The notes beneath the pieces were generated by a model. That model was not told where the DNA came from. It did no database searches and was given only the letters and a program-made list of their open reading frames with translations. DNA of 64,000 nucleotides from a virus. How positions within the stretch are numbered: the first letter of the stretch is position 1; each line of letters starts with the position of its first letter. The stretch covers positions 2,563 through 66,562 of IMG/VR virus record IMGVR_UViG_3300011443_000014; one strand, given 5' to 3'. Position numbers and translations under genes: made by a program. This document shows positions 46,584-56,343 of the stretch, in pieces.

Positions 46584-46613
46584 ACAATACGCTTCCAGTT
46601 ACACCGTCGTCAA
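46584..46613 (-). promoter_or_regulatory. Putative promoter for the replication genes
   Basis: TTGACG-18 bp-TATTGT. Confidence 0.5.
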
Positions 46614-47275
46614 ACGCGACGGAAATCTCGTTCCTTTCGCGGGGTCAGGCCGGGCACCGCCTCGCTCAGCAACTCCTTGAACTGGTCGGCCAGTTTGTGG
46701 ATCGGGGTCGGGTTCACGGACACGCACTCGAGGCCCGCCTTCCCGTCGAGGACCGACTGCAGGAACGCGCGGAGGTCGGTCACGTCGGCCTTCCACTTCG
46801 TCACTTCGGTCAGACCCTCGAGCTCGGGCAGAGCGATCGCGCCGTCGCGCACCCCTTCCGCGGACCGGAGGTCATCGGCCAACGTCGTGAGCACCGCGGC
46901 TTCGGCCGGCGTCTCGGCGACCTGGGCGGCGGCCTCGAGCTCGGCGACTCCCGCCGCCGTCTGCTGCGTGATCAGGCGGCAGGCTTCGGCGTCCCGCCAT
47001 TCGCGGATGGCGAACGTCACGTCGGAGATCCGCGCCGTGATGGTCTGCACCATGTCGCGCTCGAGGGCCAGGATCTCCGCGCGCGCCTGGTTGAGGGGGT
47101 CCTTGATGCGCTTCACCCGGCGCTCGATCTCGGCCTTGGTCGTCTTCAGTTTGACCAGTAGATCCTGCGCCTTCACGAATTCCTTCGGGTTCGTGACGTT
47201 GTACGCCTTCGTCAGGAGGTTCTTCTCGCTAGTCGTCAACGAGAGTGCCGGTCGCTTCTTCGTCGTCGGTTGCAT
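46610..47275 (-). CDS. Coiled-coil protein of the recombination module (Gam/Gp157-like, tentative)
   Basis: LKTTKAEIERRVKRIKDPLNQA; adjacent to the nuclease and SSAP genes. Confidence 0.6.
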   Translation of the reverse strand: MQPTTKKRPALSLTTSEKNLLTKAYNVTNPKEFVKAQDLLVKLKTTKAEIERRVKRIKDPLNQARAEILALERDMVQTITARISDVTFAIREWRDAEACRLITQQTAAGVAELEAAAQVAETPAEAAVLTTLADDLRSAEGVRDGAIALPELEGLTEVTKWKADVTDLRAFLQSVLDGKAGLECVSVNPTPIHKLADQFKELLSEAVPGLTPRKERDFRRV

Positions 47276-47876
47276 GGTCGGTCTCCCACCAGTCCAGCGT
47301 GAGGCGGCGAAACTCGTACACGTCACGCGGATCCGTGTACGGGTTCATGGTGTAGGTGCCGTCGGCCTTCAGATGCACGCTCAGGCGCAGCGTCGTCGGC
47401 GGCAGGTTCAACATCAGCACGTAGCCACCCAGTTGGAGGCGATGCCACGGCTGCTTCGGGCCGGTCTTCAGGTCGAGGACGGCATACGGGGCACCACCCA
47501 ACCCCTCGAGCACGCCGGCGCGATCGACGATGCCGGCGACGAGGCCATCCCAGTGCACTCGGCGCTCGATGTAGTCCCAGGTCTGCGGGCCGTGGAACCG
47601 GCGCCGGAATTCCAGCCACGCTTGCACGTAGCCTTCCTCACCGTCGAGCACCATCGACAACGGGTCGTCGTGGACCGTCGGGTCGTCGTGCGTTTCGGTC
47701 GCGCGGTGGACGCGCCGGCCTCGCGCCAGATACGGCTTCGCAAACTTCAGGCGGCCCGCTTCGGGGATCAGGCCATGCCACCGGAGGATCGACGTGCAGG
47801 ACGGGATCACGCGGAGGTCCGACGCCCGTCGGAACAGATGCCGACGGGCGTCGAAGTGAACAACGACGAGGGGCAT
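47229..47876 (-). CDS. PD-(D/E)xK exonuclease (Cas4/RecB-like)
   Basis: PSCTSIL, GRRVH, IERRV, AGIVDR, LDLKTG, QLGGY. Confidence 0.85.
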   Translation of the reverse strand: MPLVVVHFDARRHLFRRASDLRVIPSCTSILRWHGLIPEAGRLKFAKPYLARGRRVHRATETHDDPTVHDDPLSMVLDGEEGYVQAWLEFRRRFHGPQTWDYIERRVHWDGLVAGIVDRAGVLEGLGGAPYAVLDLKTGPKQPWHRLQLGGYVLMLNLPPTTLRLSVHLKADGTYTMNPYTDPRDVYEFRRLTLDWWETDHATDDEEATGTLVDD

Positions 47877-48973
47877 CAGCCGCCGACCTCGTCATCGGCG
47901 GGGCCACCGGCTTCGACCCACGCCTTGCACGCGTTGAACAGGCGCTTCGGGATGCCGTGGCCATCGGTGGCTTCGACCTGGTGCACTCGCTTCAGCCAGT
48001 CGAACAGGCGCTGCGCCTCGACGTGGTTCGTCCGGAGCATCCCCTTCATGTAGTTGTACTGGGCGTCCGAGATCATCGCGTTCAGACCCGCACGCTCTGC
48101 CGCGTCCGGGTTCGCCTGGGCGGCCGCCGTGGGCTTCGAGGCCTGGGCACGGGGCTTCGCCTGGGTCGTGGGCGGTTCGTTCTCCATCGGCGGCCCGGAC
48201 GGGCCACGCGGGGCCTGGGCGGGCTTCGCCTTGGGCGGACGCACGTAGCCGCTCGCCGACGCGCCGTCGATCTGCGTCTTCCACGCGGCCTTGTTCGGGC
48301 TGCCGGGATGCACACCGGTCTCGTTCCAGTGCGGCCCGCGCTCGAGGGTCCGCCACTCGTCGAATTCCTCGTTCGACGACTTGTCCGTCCGGTAGACGTG
48401 GACGGCGTACTTCGACTTCCAGTCTTCGGTGAACTTCCGATCCCAGTTCTGCGCGGCCACGCCGATGTCCTTGCAGCACCGCATCAGGGCGTTCGACTTC
48501 GCGGACTCCATCGCCGTCCCGTACGCCATCTCCCACTTGCGGGCCTTCGCGCGGTCGGTTTTGTAGTTCGCCTCACCCGGCGCCGTCGCCACGACGCGGC
48601 CACGGATGACCAGCGCCCACAGCTGCACGAGGGTGTCGTCACGCAGAACCGGATCGCCGAGGGCCACCAGTCCCCACGCGCCCGGGCCGAACACGTCCAG
48701 CAATCGCTGGCGATACCCGATCTGGTGGAGGTAGACCTCGCCGGTCGGCAGGATGTCCAGTTCTTCGTCGGGCACCGTGGCACGCAGTCGGGCCACTTCG
48801 TCCGGGGTGAACGCCGCCGCGCCCAACCCGCGCAGCTGCCGGAAGTCGTCGAGGGTCCGATCCTCGAGGGCGTAGGTCACTTCGAGGTCGCCGGCGCGGA
48901 CCTGATGGATCGGGCCGGTTTCCGTGGATTCGGTCGCCAGCGGCAGGGCTGGCGCCTGGGGTTCGTTCGTCAT
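47876..48973 (-). CDS. Rad52/Mgm101-like single-strand annealing protein
   Basis: DILPTGEVYLHQIGYRQRLLDVFGPGAW..ESAKSNALMRCCKDIGVA..WD. Confidence 0.8.
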   Translation of the reverse strand: MTNEPQAPALPLATESTETGPIHQVRAGDLEVTYALEDRTLDDFRQLRGLGAAAFTPDEVARLRATVPDEELDILPTGEVYLHQIGYRQRLLDVFGPGAWGLVALGDPVLRDDTLVQLWALVIRGRVVATAPGEANYKTDRAKARKWEMAYGTAMESAKSNALMRCCKDIGVAAQNWDRKFTEDWKSKYAVHVYRTDKSSNEEFDEWRTLERGPHWNETGVHPGSPNKAAWKTQIDGASASGYVRPPKAKPAQAPRGPSGPPMENEPPTTQAKPRAQASKPTAAAQANPDAAERAGLNAMISDAQYNYMKGMLRTNHVEAQRLFDWLKRVHQVEATDGHGIPKRLFNACKAWVEAGGPADDEVGG

Positions 48974-49064
48974 CGTCGGGGTCCTTTCAGTTTGTGCTAT
49001 GGTGTCTACAGACGTCGTGCTTCTTCGTCGGGGCACACAGTCTCCCAAGGGCCGGCGGTGCTCG

Positions 49065-49268
49065 TCACACTGTCGGCCCGCTTTTACGTACGGCCATCGC
49101 TTGCACGCGCTCGAGGTCGACGGTCGACCAGTAGCCGTGGCACTCGCAACAGAGGTAGCCGTCGTACCTCCCTTCATCCTCGCTCTCGTCGTGCAGATAC
49201 TGGCCCTCGAGCGGGTCGGCGCAGCCATTCGGGCACGGGATGTCGTCGCGGTTCGTCGGGGTCGTCAT
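49065..49268 (-). CDS. Small Zn-ribbon protein
   Basis: CPNGC..CCEC. Confidence 0.5.
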   Translation of the reverse strand: MTTPTNRDDIPCPNGCADPLEGQYLHDESEDEGRYDGYLCCECHGYWSTVDLERVQAMAVRKSGPTV

Positions 49269-49462
49269 CAGAAGTCTCCGCGCAGCCGTCCCTCGATGGC
49301 GTCCGCCAGCGAGCAGTCGTGTTCCCGTTGCAGTTGTTCCGCGCGCTGCCAGCCTTCATCGGTCAGTTTGATCGACGCCGCCTTCGTCCCTTTGCCGGGA
49401 TAGAGGGTCGGCGGTCCCCCGCGCGTGGGGTTCGTTTTCTTCGTCAGCGTCCGTCGCTTCAT
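49268..49462 (-). CDS. Ribbon-helix-helix DNA-binding protein
   Basis: ASIKLTDEGWQRAEQLQREHDCSLADAIE; AGGAGA RBS. Confidence 0.6.
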   Translation of the reverse strand: MKRRTLTKKTNPTRGGPPTLYPGKGTKAASIKLTDEGWQRAEQLQREHDCSLADAIEGRLRGDF

Positions 49463-49476
49463 CGTCGTCTCCTTTC

Positions 49477-49917
49477 CTACGTGGGTCGGGTCGTCGTGTC
49501 GAGGGCTTCGGCGAGGGTCATCGCCACGCCCATTTCTTCGGTCATGTCGAGCAGGGCGCGGCCGAACTTCGCACGCGTCCAGTCGTCCGTGACGGTCAGC
49601 AGTCGGTGGCAGAACGCGGCCTCGAGCTCGCCGGGGTTCTGCTTCGGGAGGATCGCCAGCATCTCCGTACGCTCGTCGTCGGTCATGCGGCGGACCAGTT
49701 GCGCGAATCCGCGGGCGCGCAAGGTCATCCAGCTGGCTTCTTCGCGGTCGTCCGTCACCAGCAGCACGCGCGAGGGCTGGTCGGGCAACGTGCGCAGCAC
49801 CGCCCACACCTGGGCGCCGGTCTCGACGTCGATGGCGCGGGCCAGGACGGCATCGGCGAAGGCCTGGATGGTCGGCTCGTGAATCAGGAATCGTCCGTGT
49901 CGGAGTGAGGTCGTCAT
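49477..49917 (-). CDS. Hypothetical protein
   Basis: 146 aa; GGGAGAC RBS. Confidence 0.65.
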   Translation of the reverse strand: MTTSLRHGRFLIHEPTIQAFADAVLARAIDVETGAQVWAVLRTLPDQPSRVLLVTDDREEASWMTLRARGFAQLVRRMTDDERTEMLAILPKQNPGELEAAFCHRLLTVTDDWTRAKFGRALLDMTEEMGVAMTLAEALDTTTRPT

Positions 49918-49938
49918 GTTCAGTCTCCCGTCTTCGTT

Positions 49939-49975
49939 ATGTTATCACGCGTAGTGTTACGACTGGCGTTCCCCC
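49939..49975 (-). promoter_or_regulatory. Degenerate fourth copy of the early promoter/operator
   Basis: atgttatcacgcgtagtgttac matches the -10/spacer half; no TTGACG. Confidence 0.45.
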
Positions 49976-50157
49976 TTGACGCCGCGCCAGAGGATCGAAA
50001 ACGCCCGCACGTCACCCGCCTTCACCGGGGGATGGTCGTCGAACTTCAGGACCTTCCCTTGGGTGCGCTCCCGGAACTTCGCCACGAACGACGTCCCGTC
50101 CTTCAGGACGACGCGCACGCGCTTCCCCGGATAGGTGATGGTGTGCGGGTGCTTCAC
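49957..50157 (-). CDS. Small Sm-like beta protein
   Basis: GKRVRVVLKDGTSFVAKF; GTGA coupling. Confidence 0.55.
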   Translation of the reverse strand: MKHPHTITYPGKRVRVVLKDGTSFVAKFRERTQGKVLKFDDHPPVKAGDVRAFSILWRGVKGERQS

Positions 50158-50456
50158 TTCGGCAACCAGCGTTCTCGCACGTCGTGGACGTCCGAGAACC
50201 CCTTCCAGGCCCCGAGGATGGCGCCGGTCAGGACGTAGACCGGCCACGTCAACAGACCCCACCAGCGGTCAGCCACCCACGCGGCTTCGAATCCCGCCGA
50301 GCCGTACAGGCCGACGCACAGCGTCCAATGGACGGCGACGGCCCCGTACCACAAGGTCAGCGACCAGAGGCGCAGGGCCGTCCACTTCAGGAGGACGCAC
50401 GGGAGGACCACCAGCAGCCGCCAGAGCAGCACGAGGATCAGGGCGACGGTCTGCAT
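50154..50456 (-). CDS. Membrane protein
   Basis: 100 aa, very hydrophobic, Trp-rich. Confidence 0.55.
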   Translation of the reverse strand: MQTVALILVLLWRLLVVLPCVLLKWTALRLWSLTLWYGAVAVHWTLCVGLYGSAGFEAAWVADRWWGLLTWPVYVLTGAILGAWKGFSDVHDVRERWLPK

Positions 50457-51367
50457 CAGTCCTCGAGGGTGATCTTCCGTTTGCGCCCACCGGCTTCCGC
50501 GACCAGCACCTCGAGGCCGCGGGACATCGCCGTGAACCGGGCCGCGATCGCCGCGCGCACGCTCTCGTCGTCACGCACGGTCTCGACGTTCACCGACTCG
50601 AGGGTCGACCTGGCTTCGGCCAGCATCGCCGCCAGCGTCGTGTCGTCCGCCACGTTCCGGCCCGGGAACCCGTCGACGAATTCGCGGAGGTTCTCGAACG
50701 CCGACGCGTAGACCCGGCGCTTCTTCCCGTCCTTCGTCTTCCCGTCCATCTGGTCGACGAGTTTGGCGACGTAGTCGGCGGCGGCGACACGGAGCATCGA
50801 CCGGTAGGACTCCGCGGCTTCCTGCAGGTGCTGGCGGTACCGCTGCCGTTCCTGCTGGTCGAGGGCTTCGTCGACGGCCGCCAGTTGGGCCGGCACGCCA
50901 CCGGCCAGCAGCCGCCACGACATCCCAAACTCGAGGGCCGCGACGTCCGGCGTCGGGTAGTCCTTCAGGTTGGCGAGGCCGGCCAGACGGGTGATCGTGC
51001 GGTCGCGGTCGACAGGATACGCGACCTTGAACGCCTCCACCAATCCCGCGCGGGCGTCGGCGCGTTGCTGCAACCAGCCGATGACGTCGGACAGGTTCGT
51101 CGTCGCCACGCGGTAGAGGCCCGACTTGATCAGGGCCGGGAGGGTCTTCTTCGCCAGATCCTTTTGCACCTTCGAGTCGAACGCTTCGATGGATCGGAGG
51201 GTCGGCGAGTCGATGCGGATTCGGGTCGCGGACGTCAGGGTCTTATCCCCGTCGACCTGGTATTCGTCGTCGCTCATGGTGCGCTTGAGGCCAAACCGGC
51301 GGAACGACACCGCCAGCAGGAGGGTCTTCTCGTCGATGGACTGGATCGCGTCGGGGCTCATAGTCAT
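50456..51367 (-). CDS. DUF3150-like helical protein (tentative)
   Basis: LLLAVSFRRFG..KTLPALIKSGLYRV..LKDYPTP..FENLREF. Confidence 0.6.
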   Translation of the reverse strand: MTMSPDAIQSIDEKTLLLAVSFRRFGLKRTMSDDEYQVDGDKTLTSATRIRIDSPTLRSIEAFDSKVQKDLAKKTLPALIKSGLYRVATTNLSDVIGWLQQRADARAGLVEAFKVAYPVDRDRTITRLAGLANLKDYPTPDVAALEFGMSWRLLAGGVPAQLAAVDEALDQQERQRYRQHLQEAAESYRSMLRVAAADYVAKLVDQMDGKTKDGKKRRVYASAFENLREFVDGFPGRNVADDTTLAAMLAEARSTLESVNVETVRDDESVRAAIAARFTAMSRGLEVLVAEAGGRKRKITLED

Positions 51368-51564
51368 CGTCCTTTCTTCGTCGGGGGCCACGGGTGTCCG
51401 GGTTCGGCGCCACACGAACACCGGCAACGGCCGGCCTCGTGGTTGTGGGCCAGGATGCAACGGTGGAGGCGGGCGTCGAGGTCACGGAATTCCTGGCCGC
51501 ACGCCCGATGGTGGAGCACCACCACCGGGGTCTCGTCGTCGTGGTCGAAGGGGAGCAGCATCAC
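51364..51564 (-). CDS. Small Cys/His-rich protein
   Basis: 66 aa, coupled on both sides. Confidence 0.5.
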   Translation of the reverse strand: MMLLPFDHDDETPVVVLHHRACGQEFRDLDARLHRCILAHNHEAGRCRCSCGAEPGHPWPPTKKGR

Positions 51565-52037
51565 AGACCCACGTCGCCGTCCACGCGGCCATGGTGACGG
51601 TCAACCGAGGCGCACGGGCGCTCGTCATTGACGTCCGTGATGCCGCCGCACACGCGGCGCAGTCGGTCGATGGTGCTCTCGGTGAACAGCATCGTCTTCC
51701 CCGTGCGGATGCGACGGAGCTCGAGCGGGTACCGCGGGCGGTTCGGGTGCAGGGCCACGACCACCCAGTCTTCGCGGTTCACGGTGATCGTCCGTCCGTA
51801 CGCCGACTTCGGGAGGTCGAACATCGGGGCGTAGCGCTCGAACAGGAACCGCTCGACCGACGTCCCGTCCGCCCGGGTCTTCAGGGTGAACGTGACCTTC
51901 GGACGGAACGAGGCGCCTTCGATGGTGCCGCCCGTCGACTTGTAAGTGAGGCCGTTCGCTTCGGCGACGGCGCGGAGGGCGTCGTCGATCTGGCGGCCGA
52001 GGTTCCGGCAATCGTTGTTCGTCAGGCTCGTCATCAT
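51561..52037 (-). CDS. Hypothetical protein
   Basis: 158 aa from MMTSLTNN. Confidence 0.65.
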   Translation of the reverse strand: MMTSLTNNDCRNLGRQIDDALRAVAEANGLTYKSTGGTIEGASFRPKVTFTLKTRADGTSVERFLFERYAPMFDLPKSAYGRTITVNREDWVVVALHPNRPRYPLELRRIRTGKTMLFTESTIDRLRRVCGGITDVNDERPCASVDRHHGRVDGDVGL

Positions 52038-52285
52038 CGTCGGTCTCCCGTGCAACGGTTCATGGTCAGGGCCGGCGACAACGAGTGCCACCGGGTCTCG
52101 AGGATCTGAATCAGTCGGTCGTCAGCGACGTAGTAGCCGTCGCCGTCGGCGAACGCCACGTACCACGACAGGTGATCGTGGCGCTCGAACGTGAACTTGG
52201 CGCCCGTCGGGAGGTTCGCAATCAGCGACTCCCCCCGACGGATGACCACGGCGCCGATCAGGTCGGTCGAGGTCAGGTAGGCCAT
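52034..52285 (-). CDS. Hypothetical protein
   Basis: MAYLTSTD..; TAATG coupling. Confidence 0.55.
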   Translation of the reverse strand: MAYLTSTDLIGAVVIRRGESLIANLPTGAKFTFERHDHLSWYVAFADGDGYYVADDRLIQILETRWHSLSPALTMNRCTGDRR

Positions 52286-52482
52286 TACGTCCACCCACAC
52301 GCATGCCGGTCTTCGTCGGCGCACTCGCGCTCGTATTCGGCGACGGCGAAGTCGTACGCCTCCGCACAGGTGCGGCAGCACGGCTTGCCTTGACGACGGC
52401 ACCCACGGGTGTGGAGGCCTTCGCAGTTGTCGACGACGTTCATCACGCAGCGGACGTGGGTCTTCTTCGCGGGGGTGTTCAT
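52285..52482 (-). CDS. Small Cys-rich protein
   Basis: 65 aa, 8 Cys. Confidence 0.55.
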   Translation of the reverse strand: MNTPAKKTHVRCVMNVVDNCEGLHTRGCRRQGKPCCRTCAEAYDFAVAEYERECADEDRHACGWT

Positions 52483-52721
52483 TACGCGTTCCTCTGGGCG
52501 TCGGTGATGGCGGCGTACTCGGACGTGAACGGGCCGACCGGGGCACCGTTCAGCACCCAGTACCAGGCTTCGGTCTGACGGTAGAGGTCGACGGTCGTCG
52601 TGTCGTCGATGGCCACGTACTTCAGTTCGTCCACGTAGGCGTCGGCGACGTCCGCACGCTCCTCGTAGAACCGCTCGGTGGCTTCGGCTTCGGCTTGTTC
52701 GTAGCTCGTCATCATGTCCAT
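52482..52721 (-). CDS. Small acidic protein
   Basis: MDMMTSYEQAEAEATERFYEE..WYWVLNGAPVGPF. Confidence 0.6.
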   Translation of the reverse strand: MDMMTSYEQAEAEATERFYEERADVADAYVDELKYVAIDDTTTVDLYRQTEAWYWVLNGAPVGPFTSEYAAITDAQRNA

Positions 52722-52745
52722 CGTCGTCAGTCTCCCGTGTGAGTG

Positions 52746-52777
52746 AAAACCCAAACCGGAGGCCCGAAGGCCCCCGG
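52746..52777 (-). terminator. Intrinsic terminator
   Basis: CCGGGGGCC-UUCG-GGCCUCCGG followed by UUUGGGUUUU, just after the stop at 52790. Confidence 0.75.
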
Positions 52778-52789
52778 CTTCGTCAGGGT

Positions 52790-53179
52790 CTAGCGGTTGA
52801 TGTAGGGGTTCGGGAACATCCCGCAAATGATCTCCGTGTGAACGCACGACACGGCTTCGGCAATCGACGAGCAGAGGTCGCTCGCGTCGGCCACGAACGA
52901 CTCCATCGTGACCTTCCGCGAATCGTGGTTCAGGACGACCATCCCGCCGCGGGTGATCATGATCGTCTTCGTATCGGTCACGACGAGGACCGTCGAACCG
53001 TTCAGGCGCACCGTCGCGCCTTCGGGCTTGGCCACCGTCAGGACACGGTCAACACCGTTTGCGAACCGGAGGCCGTCATCGTTGCGGCCGGGGAACACGC
53101 CGAACGCGTGGGCTTCAGCCTTCTCGGCGAGGCGGGTCAGTTCCGGGGTCGTAATCGGGTTCGTCAGGCGGGTCGTCAT
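52790..53179 (-). CDS. Hypothetical early protein
   Basis: 129 aa, first gene after the promoter at 53228-53257. Confidence 0.65.
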   Translation of the reverse strand: MTTRLTNPITTPELTRLAEKAEAHAFGVFPGRNDDGLRFANGVDRVLTVAKPEGATVRLNGSTVLVVTDTKTIMITRGGMVVLNHDSRKVTMESFVADASDLCSSIAEAVSCVHTEIICGMFPNPYINR

Positions 53180-53222
53180 GTTCGTCAGTCTCCCGTTGTT
53201 CGGCGCCCATCGCCGTCAACAC

Positions 53223-53264
53223 GAGTGATGTTACTACGCATAGTGTTACTACGTCAACCCCCCG
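53223..53264 (-). promoter_or_regulatory. Conserved early promoter/operator, copy A
   Basis: TTGACG(53252-57)-18 bp-TAACAT(53228-33); spacer contains ACTATGCGTAGT. Confidence 0.8.
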
Positions 53265-53715
53265 CCTTTCCTTGGGCTTTCCGGGCCTTTTTCCGGGCCG
53301 TCGACCACCGGGCCTTCAGACGTCGACGTTGACGTGAGGGCAGACGGGGCTCGTCGAAGGGCAACCGCTCACGCTGCGTCGAGCTCGGCGCCTGGATGGG
53401 CAGCAGGGCCGCCCAGCATCGGGTGTAGAGGTTCGCGCGGGTCGGGTCGTCTTTGGAGATCTCCGACTTGAAGTTGTCGTAGTTCACCGCGTTCGCCAGT
53501 TTCCACACGGCATCGCTCACCGACTCACGCGGACCTTGCGCACGATACCGATAGTCGGCGACGTCGTCGCGCTTCGTCGGGCCGAGGCCCGGGCAGATTG
53601 CACGGAACCGCTCGAGGTCCGCCGCGCACCTGGCGCGCACGGTCAACGTCTTCGTCTTCATGTCCCACGGCTTCTGCACGATGCTGTAGAACCCGATCTT
53701 CGTCATCAACCACAT
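53254..53715 (-). CDS. Conserved phage hypothetical protein
   Basis: MWLMTKIGFYSIV..VRAR..DYRYR..YDNFK. Confidence 0.75.
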   Translation of the reverse strand: MWLMTKIGFYSIVQKPWDMKTKTLTVRARCAADLERFRAICPGLGPTKRDDVADYRYRAQGPRESVSDAVWKLANAVNYDNFKSEISKDDPTRANLYTRCWAALLPIQAPSSTQRERLPFDEPRLPSRQRRRLKARWSTARKKARKAQGKAGG

Positions 53716-53716
53716 C

Positions 53717-54502
53717 TCAGTCTCCCACCACGATCCGCCGGCGCACGACCGACGTCGTCGTCGGCCTCGAGCTCGTGCGGTCGTGTGCGGCCGGCAGCGT
53801 CAGCGCCACCTGGCCCTTCGTTTTCTCGGCCGCCTTACACGCCGCGCGTGTGCAGAGGCCACGTTCCCACGTCACGGCGCCACGCAGCACGTTGTTGCAG
53901 TGTCGGCATCGACGCTCCGGGCGCGGAGGTCCAGCCGCCGCGATCGAGGCTTCCGCTATCTGCTCGAACGACTGGCCGCCCGGCAGTGGTGTGGCGACGT
54001 AGACCTGGGCCGGCATGCCGATCACGTCGCCGGCGTCGTTCATCGTGCTCGGGGCCAGGACCACGCCGCTCGGATACGCCGGCGACCACTTCGGCACCAT
54101 CCCCAGATGCCGCACCGGGCAGTACCGCTCACGCCACGCCGACGCCGCGGCACGCACGACGGACACCTCGAGCTTCGCCCAGAGGGCGACCCACGTCACG
54201 GTGTTCTCGTTCCACGACGTCGGCTGGCGATCGAGGGCGCCGAGTCGGAAGGTGCGACCGACCTGGAGCAGTCCGCGCCACCGGGCTTCGTGGGCAATCT
54301 CCTTGACGACTTTGAATCGCGGCGAATTCAGCAGGAGGCGCAGCGACAGGAGGTCAGAGGGTTCGACGGTCGGGAGGGTCCGCGCGACGTAGTTCAGGAC
54401 GTTCAGCAGATGCGACCCGTCCATCGAGCGGACGGGTCGCTTCTGCTTGTCGAGAGTCGTCCATGTCGCCCACGGTGCGGCGCGACGATGGGTCAGGGTC
54501 AT
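53717..54502 (-). CDS. Hypothetical protein with C-terminal Zn finger
   Basis: CRHC..GLCTRAAC; TGATG-coupled start. Confidence 0.65.
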   Translation of the reverse strand: MTLTHRRAAPWATWTTLDKQKRPVRSMDGSHLLNVLNYVARTLPTVEPSDLLSLRLLLNSPRFKVVKEIAHEARWRGLLQVGRTFRLGALDRQPTSWNENTVTWVALWAKLEVSVVRAAASAWRERYCPVRHLGMVPKWSPAYPSGVVLAPSTMNDAGDVIGMPAQVYVATPLPGGQSFEQIAEASIAAAGPPRPERRCRHCNNVLRGAVTWERGLCTRAACKAAEKTKGQVALTLPAAHDRTSSRPTTTSVVRRRIVVGD

Positions 54503-55056
54503 CAGTCCTCCATGATGATCCGGCGCAGCCGTTCGACGCCAGCGACCGGGACGACCGCCTTTGCCATCGCATTCGGCGCCACCAGACGGAGGTCGTCGAC
54601 GAACGCGTTCCACTCGGCACCCGTCGCCAGCCCCGTGATGATGGTGAACCCGAGGCTGGTGAACCCGAGGCCGGGCCTGGCCTTCATGCGCTCGAGAAAC
54701 TTCTCTCGGACCAGCGCGCCGAACGGGTCGACGACGGCTTCGGTCGCGGGACCTTTGCCGACCGACGCCAGCGTGCCCGCCGACTGATACCGCTCGATCA
54801 GCAAGGACGGGTGCGACTCGACGTAGAGCAGGTGCTTACACAGCACCTCGTAACCCGAATTCCGGGTTTTGAAGATGTAGGACGGGCAGAGGCATCGCAG
54901 GTCCTGGGCCTTCACGGCTTCACGGATGTCCCGCATCACGACGGCCGGGGAGGTCCCCGGTCGTCGCTGCACCTGCCAGAACTTCGTCGGGTCTTTCGAC
55001 GTCGCCAAGTCGACGACCGGGATCCAGATGATCTTCGCCGCCTTTGCCGCCGTCAC
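54502..55056 (-). CDS. SWIM zinc-finger protein
   Basis: RCLCPSY..LCKHL. Confidence 0.7.
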   Translation of the reverse strand: MTAAKAAKIIWIPVVDLATSKDPTKFWQVQRRPGTSPAVVMRDIREAVKAQDLRCLCPSYIFKTRNSGYEVLCKHLLYVESHPSLLIERYQSAGTLASVGKGPATEAVVDPFGALVREKFLERMKARPGLGFTSLGFTIITGLATGAEWNAFVDDLRLVAPNAMAKAVVPVAGVERLRRIIMED

Positions 55057-55862
55057 TTTGAGTCTCCCAGCAGTCGCTTCAGGGCGTCGATGGTCTCCTT
55101 CGCCGCCGCGTTCTTCTGCGCTTCGGCACGGGCCAGGATGGACTGACGGAGGACGGTCAGGGCCGTTTCCTTCGCCAGACTCAGGGCGGCTTCGGCTTCT
55201 TCGAAGACCTTGACCACAGCGAGCTCGTCGTTCGTCAGGGTCGACGCCACGTCTGGCGCCACGACCGCTGCGGCGACCGTGGCTGAGACGATGTCCGGGG
55301 GAAGGACGATCCGCACGGGAGGCCCACTCGACACCACCTCAGGCCGTCCAGCACGTTCCTGGCTGTGCACTTCCCGGATCACGCGGTTCACGGCGCCGAC
55401 CGAGGTCATCGGGCCGTAGGTGTCGACGCCGGCTTCCCGCGCCTTGTCGATGGCGATGCGCTGCAAGTTCAGTCCGACGTTCTTCGTCAGGAGCAGGGCG
55501 CCGACCTTGTGCGGGATGGAGAACCGGGCGGCCGTGCGCTCCGTGGTTTCGGTTGAGGCGTAGTGAACGAACCGGTCGTCGTGGTCGATCTCGTAGCTGC
55601 CCGACGGGCCGCCGACGATCATCACGCGCTGGCCGGCGGCCAGATGCTGGCGCAGTTCCGTCGCGACTCGATCCGGGGTTACGAGTAGTTCGCGGCCCGT
55701 GCCGCGCAGTGCGCTCTCGAGATTGTTCAGGCCCATGTCATCGTCTCCTTCAGGTTCGTCGGGGGTGTCGTCTCCCGGCGCGTGGTACGTCCCGTAGAGG
55801 GCGACGGCAGCCCCGTTGCTGCCGGCGTTCCACGGTCGTCGCGCCGTCTTCCGTGCGGTCAC
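55053..55862 (-). CDS. Hypothetical protein (start could be 55736)
   Basis: C-terminal coiled coil; stronger RBS at MGLNN. Confidence 0.65.
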   Translation of the reverse strand: MTARKTARRPWNAGSNGAAVALYGTYHAPGDDTPDEPEGDDDMGLNNLESALRGTGRELLVTPDRVATELRQHLAAGQRVMIVGGPSGSYEIDHDDRFVHYASTETTERTAARFSIPHKVGALLLTKNVGLNLQRIAIDKAREAGVDTYGPMTSVGAVNRVIREVHSQERAGRPEVVSSGPPVRIVLPPDIVSATVAAAVVAPDVASTLTNDELAVVKVFEEAEAALSLAKETALTVLRQSILARAEAQKNAAAKETIDALKRLLGDSK

Positions 55863-56113
55863 AGATTACGGTGTTCCTTCAGCCACCGAACTTCGGCCTC
55901 GAGGGCCTGGGCTCGCGTCGTGAACGGGCCGAGCAGAGGACCAGCGGACGGGCTCATGTCGGCCGTCCAGAGGCCGTCAGGTGTCGGCTCGACGTGTGAG
56001 GCACGGGTGATCGTGACGACGGCACCCTGAGCCACCAGCGGGCTCAGGGCGTCATCGTAGATCGCCCGGATACGGCCGCCAGCGGCGACCTTCAGGACGA
56101 CCGGGGTCTTCAC
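55859..56113 (-). CDS. Conserved small protein of the DUF1257/DUF2997 neighbourhood
   Basis: GRIRAIYDD..ITRASHVEP..WTADM..LGPFTTRAQALEAEVRWL. Confidence 0.75.
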   Translation of the reverse strand: MKTPVVLKVAAGGRIRAIYDDALSPLVAQGAVVTITRASHVEPTPDGLWTADMSPSAGPLLGPFTTRAQALEAEVRWLKEHRNL

Positions 56114-56298
56114 CGGCCGGCTCCCCGTGTCACTTCGACGGGGTCGTTGTACATCTCGGCCGTCGGCGTGTCGTTGATGGTCGTGCCGAGCGCCGTCTCC
56201 AGCGCCCGGGTTGCGTCCTTGCACTCGGCGCCGACGAACCCGTCGGTCGCTACGCGGACCTTGGCGTCCTTCGTGATCGTGACTGTGATGGTCTTCAT
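56110..56298 (-). CDS. DUF2997-family protein
   Basis: ITVTITKDAKVRVATDGFVGAECKDATRALETALG. Confidence 0.8.
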   Translation of the reverse strand: MKTITVTITKDAKVRVATDGFVGAECKDATRALETALGTTINDTPTAEMYNDPVEVTRGAGR

Positions 56299-56343
56299 CG
56301 GTCAGGTCTCCGTCTGTATGAACGTGGGGAACAGGGGGAACGA

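Noticed and set aside
45679-46600. Replication origin iterons within or upstream of the initiator gene
   Set aside because: Only short hairpins and a mildly AT-rich patch; no convincing iteron array
47229-47876. Cas4-like nuclease as a CRISPR component
   Set aside because: Sits in an SSAP/Gam-like recombination module; an ordinary phage exonuclease
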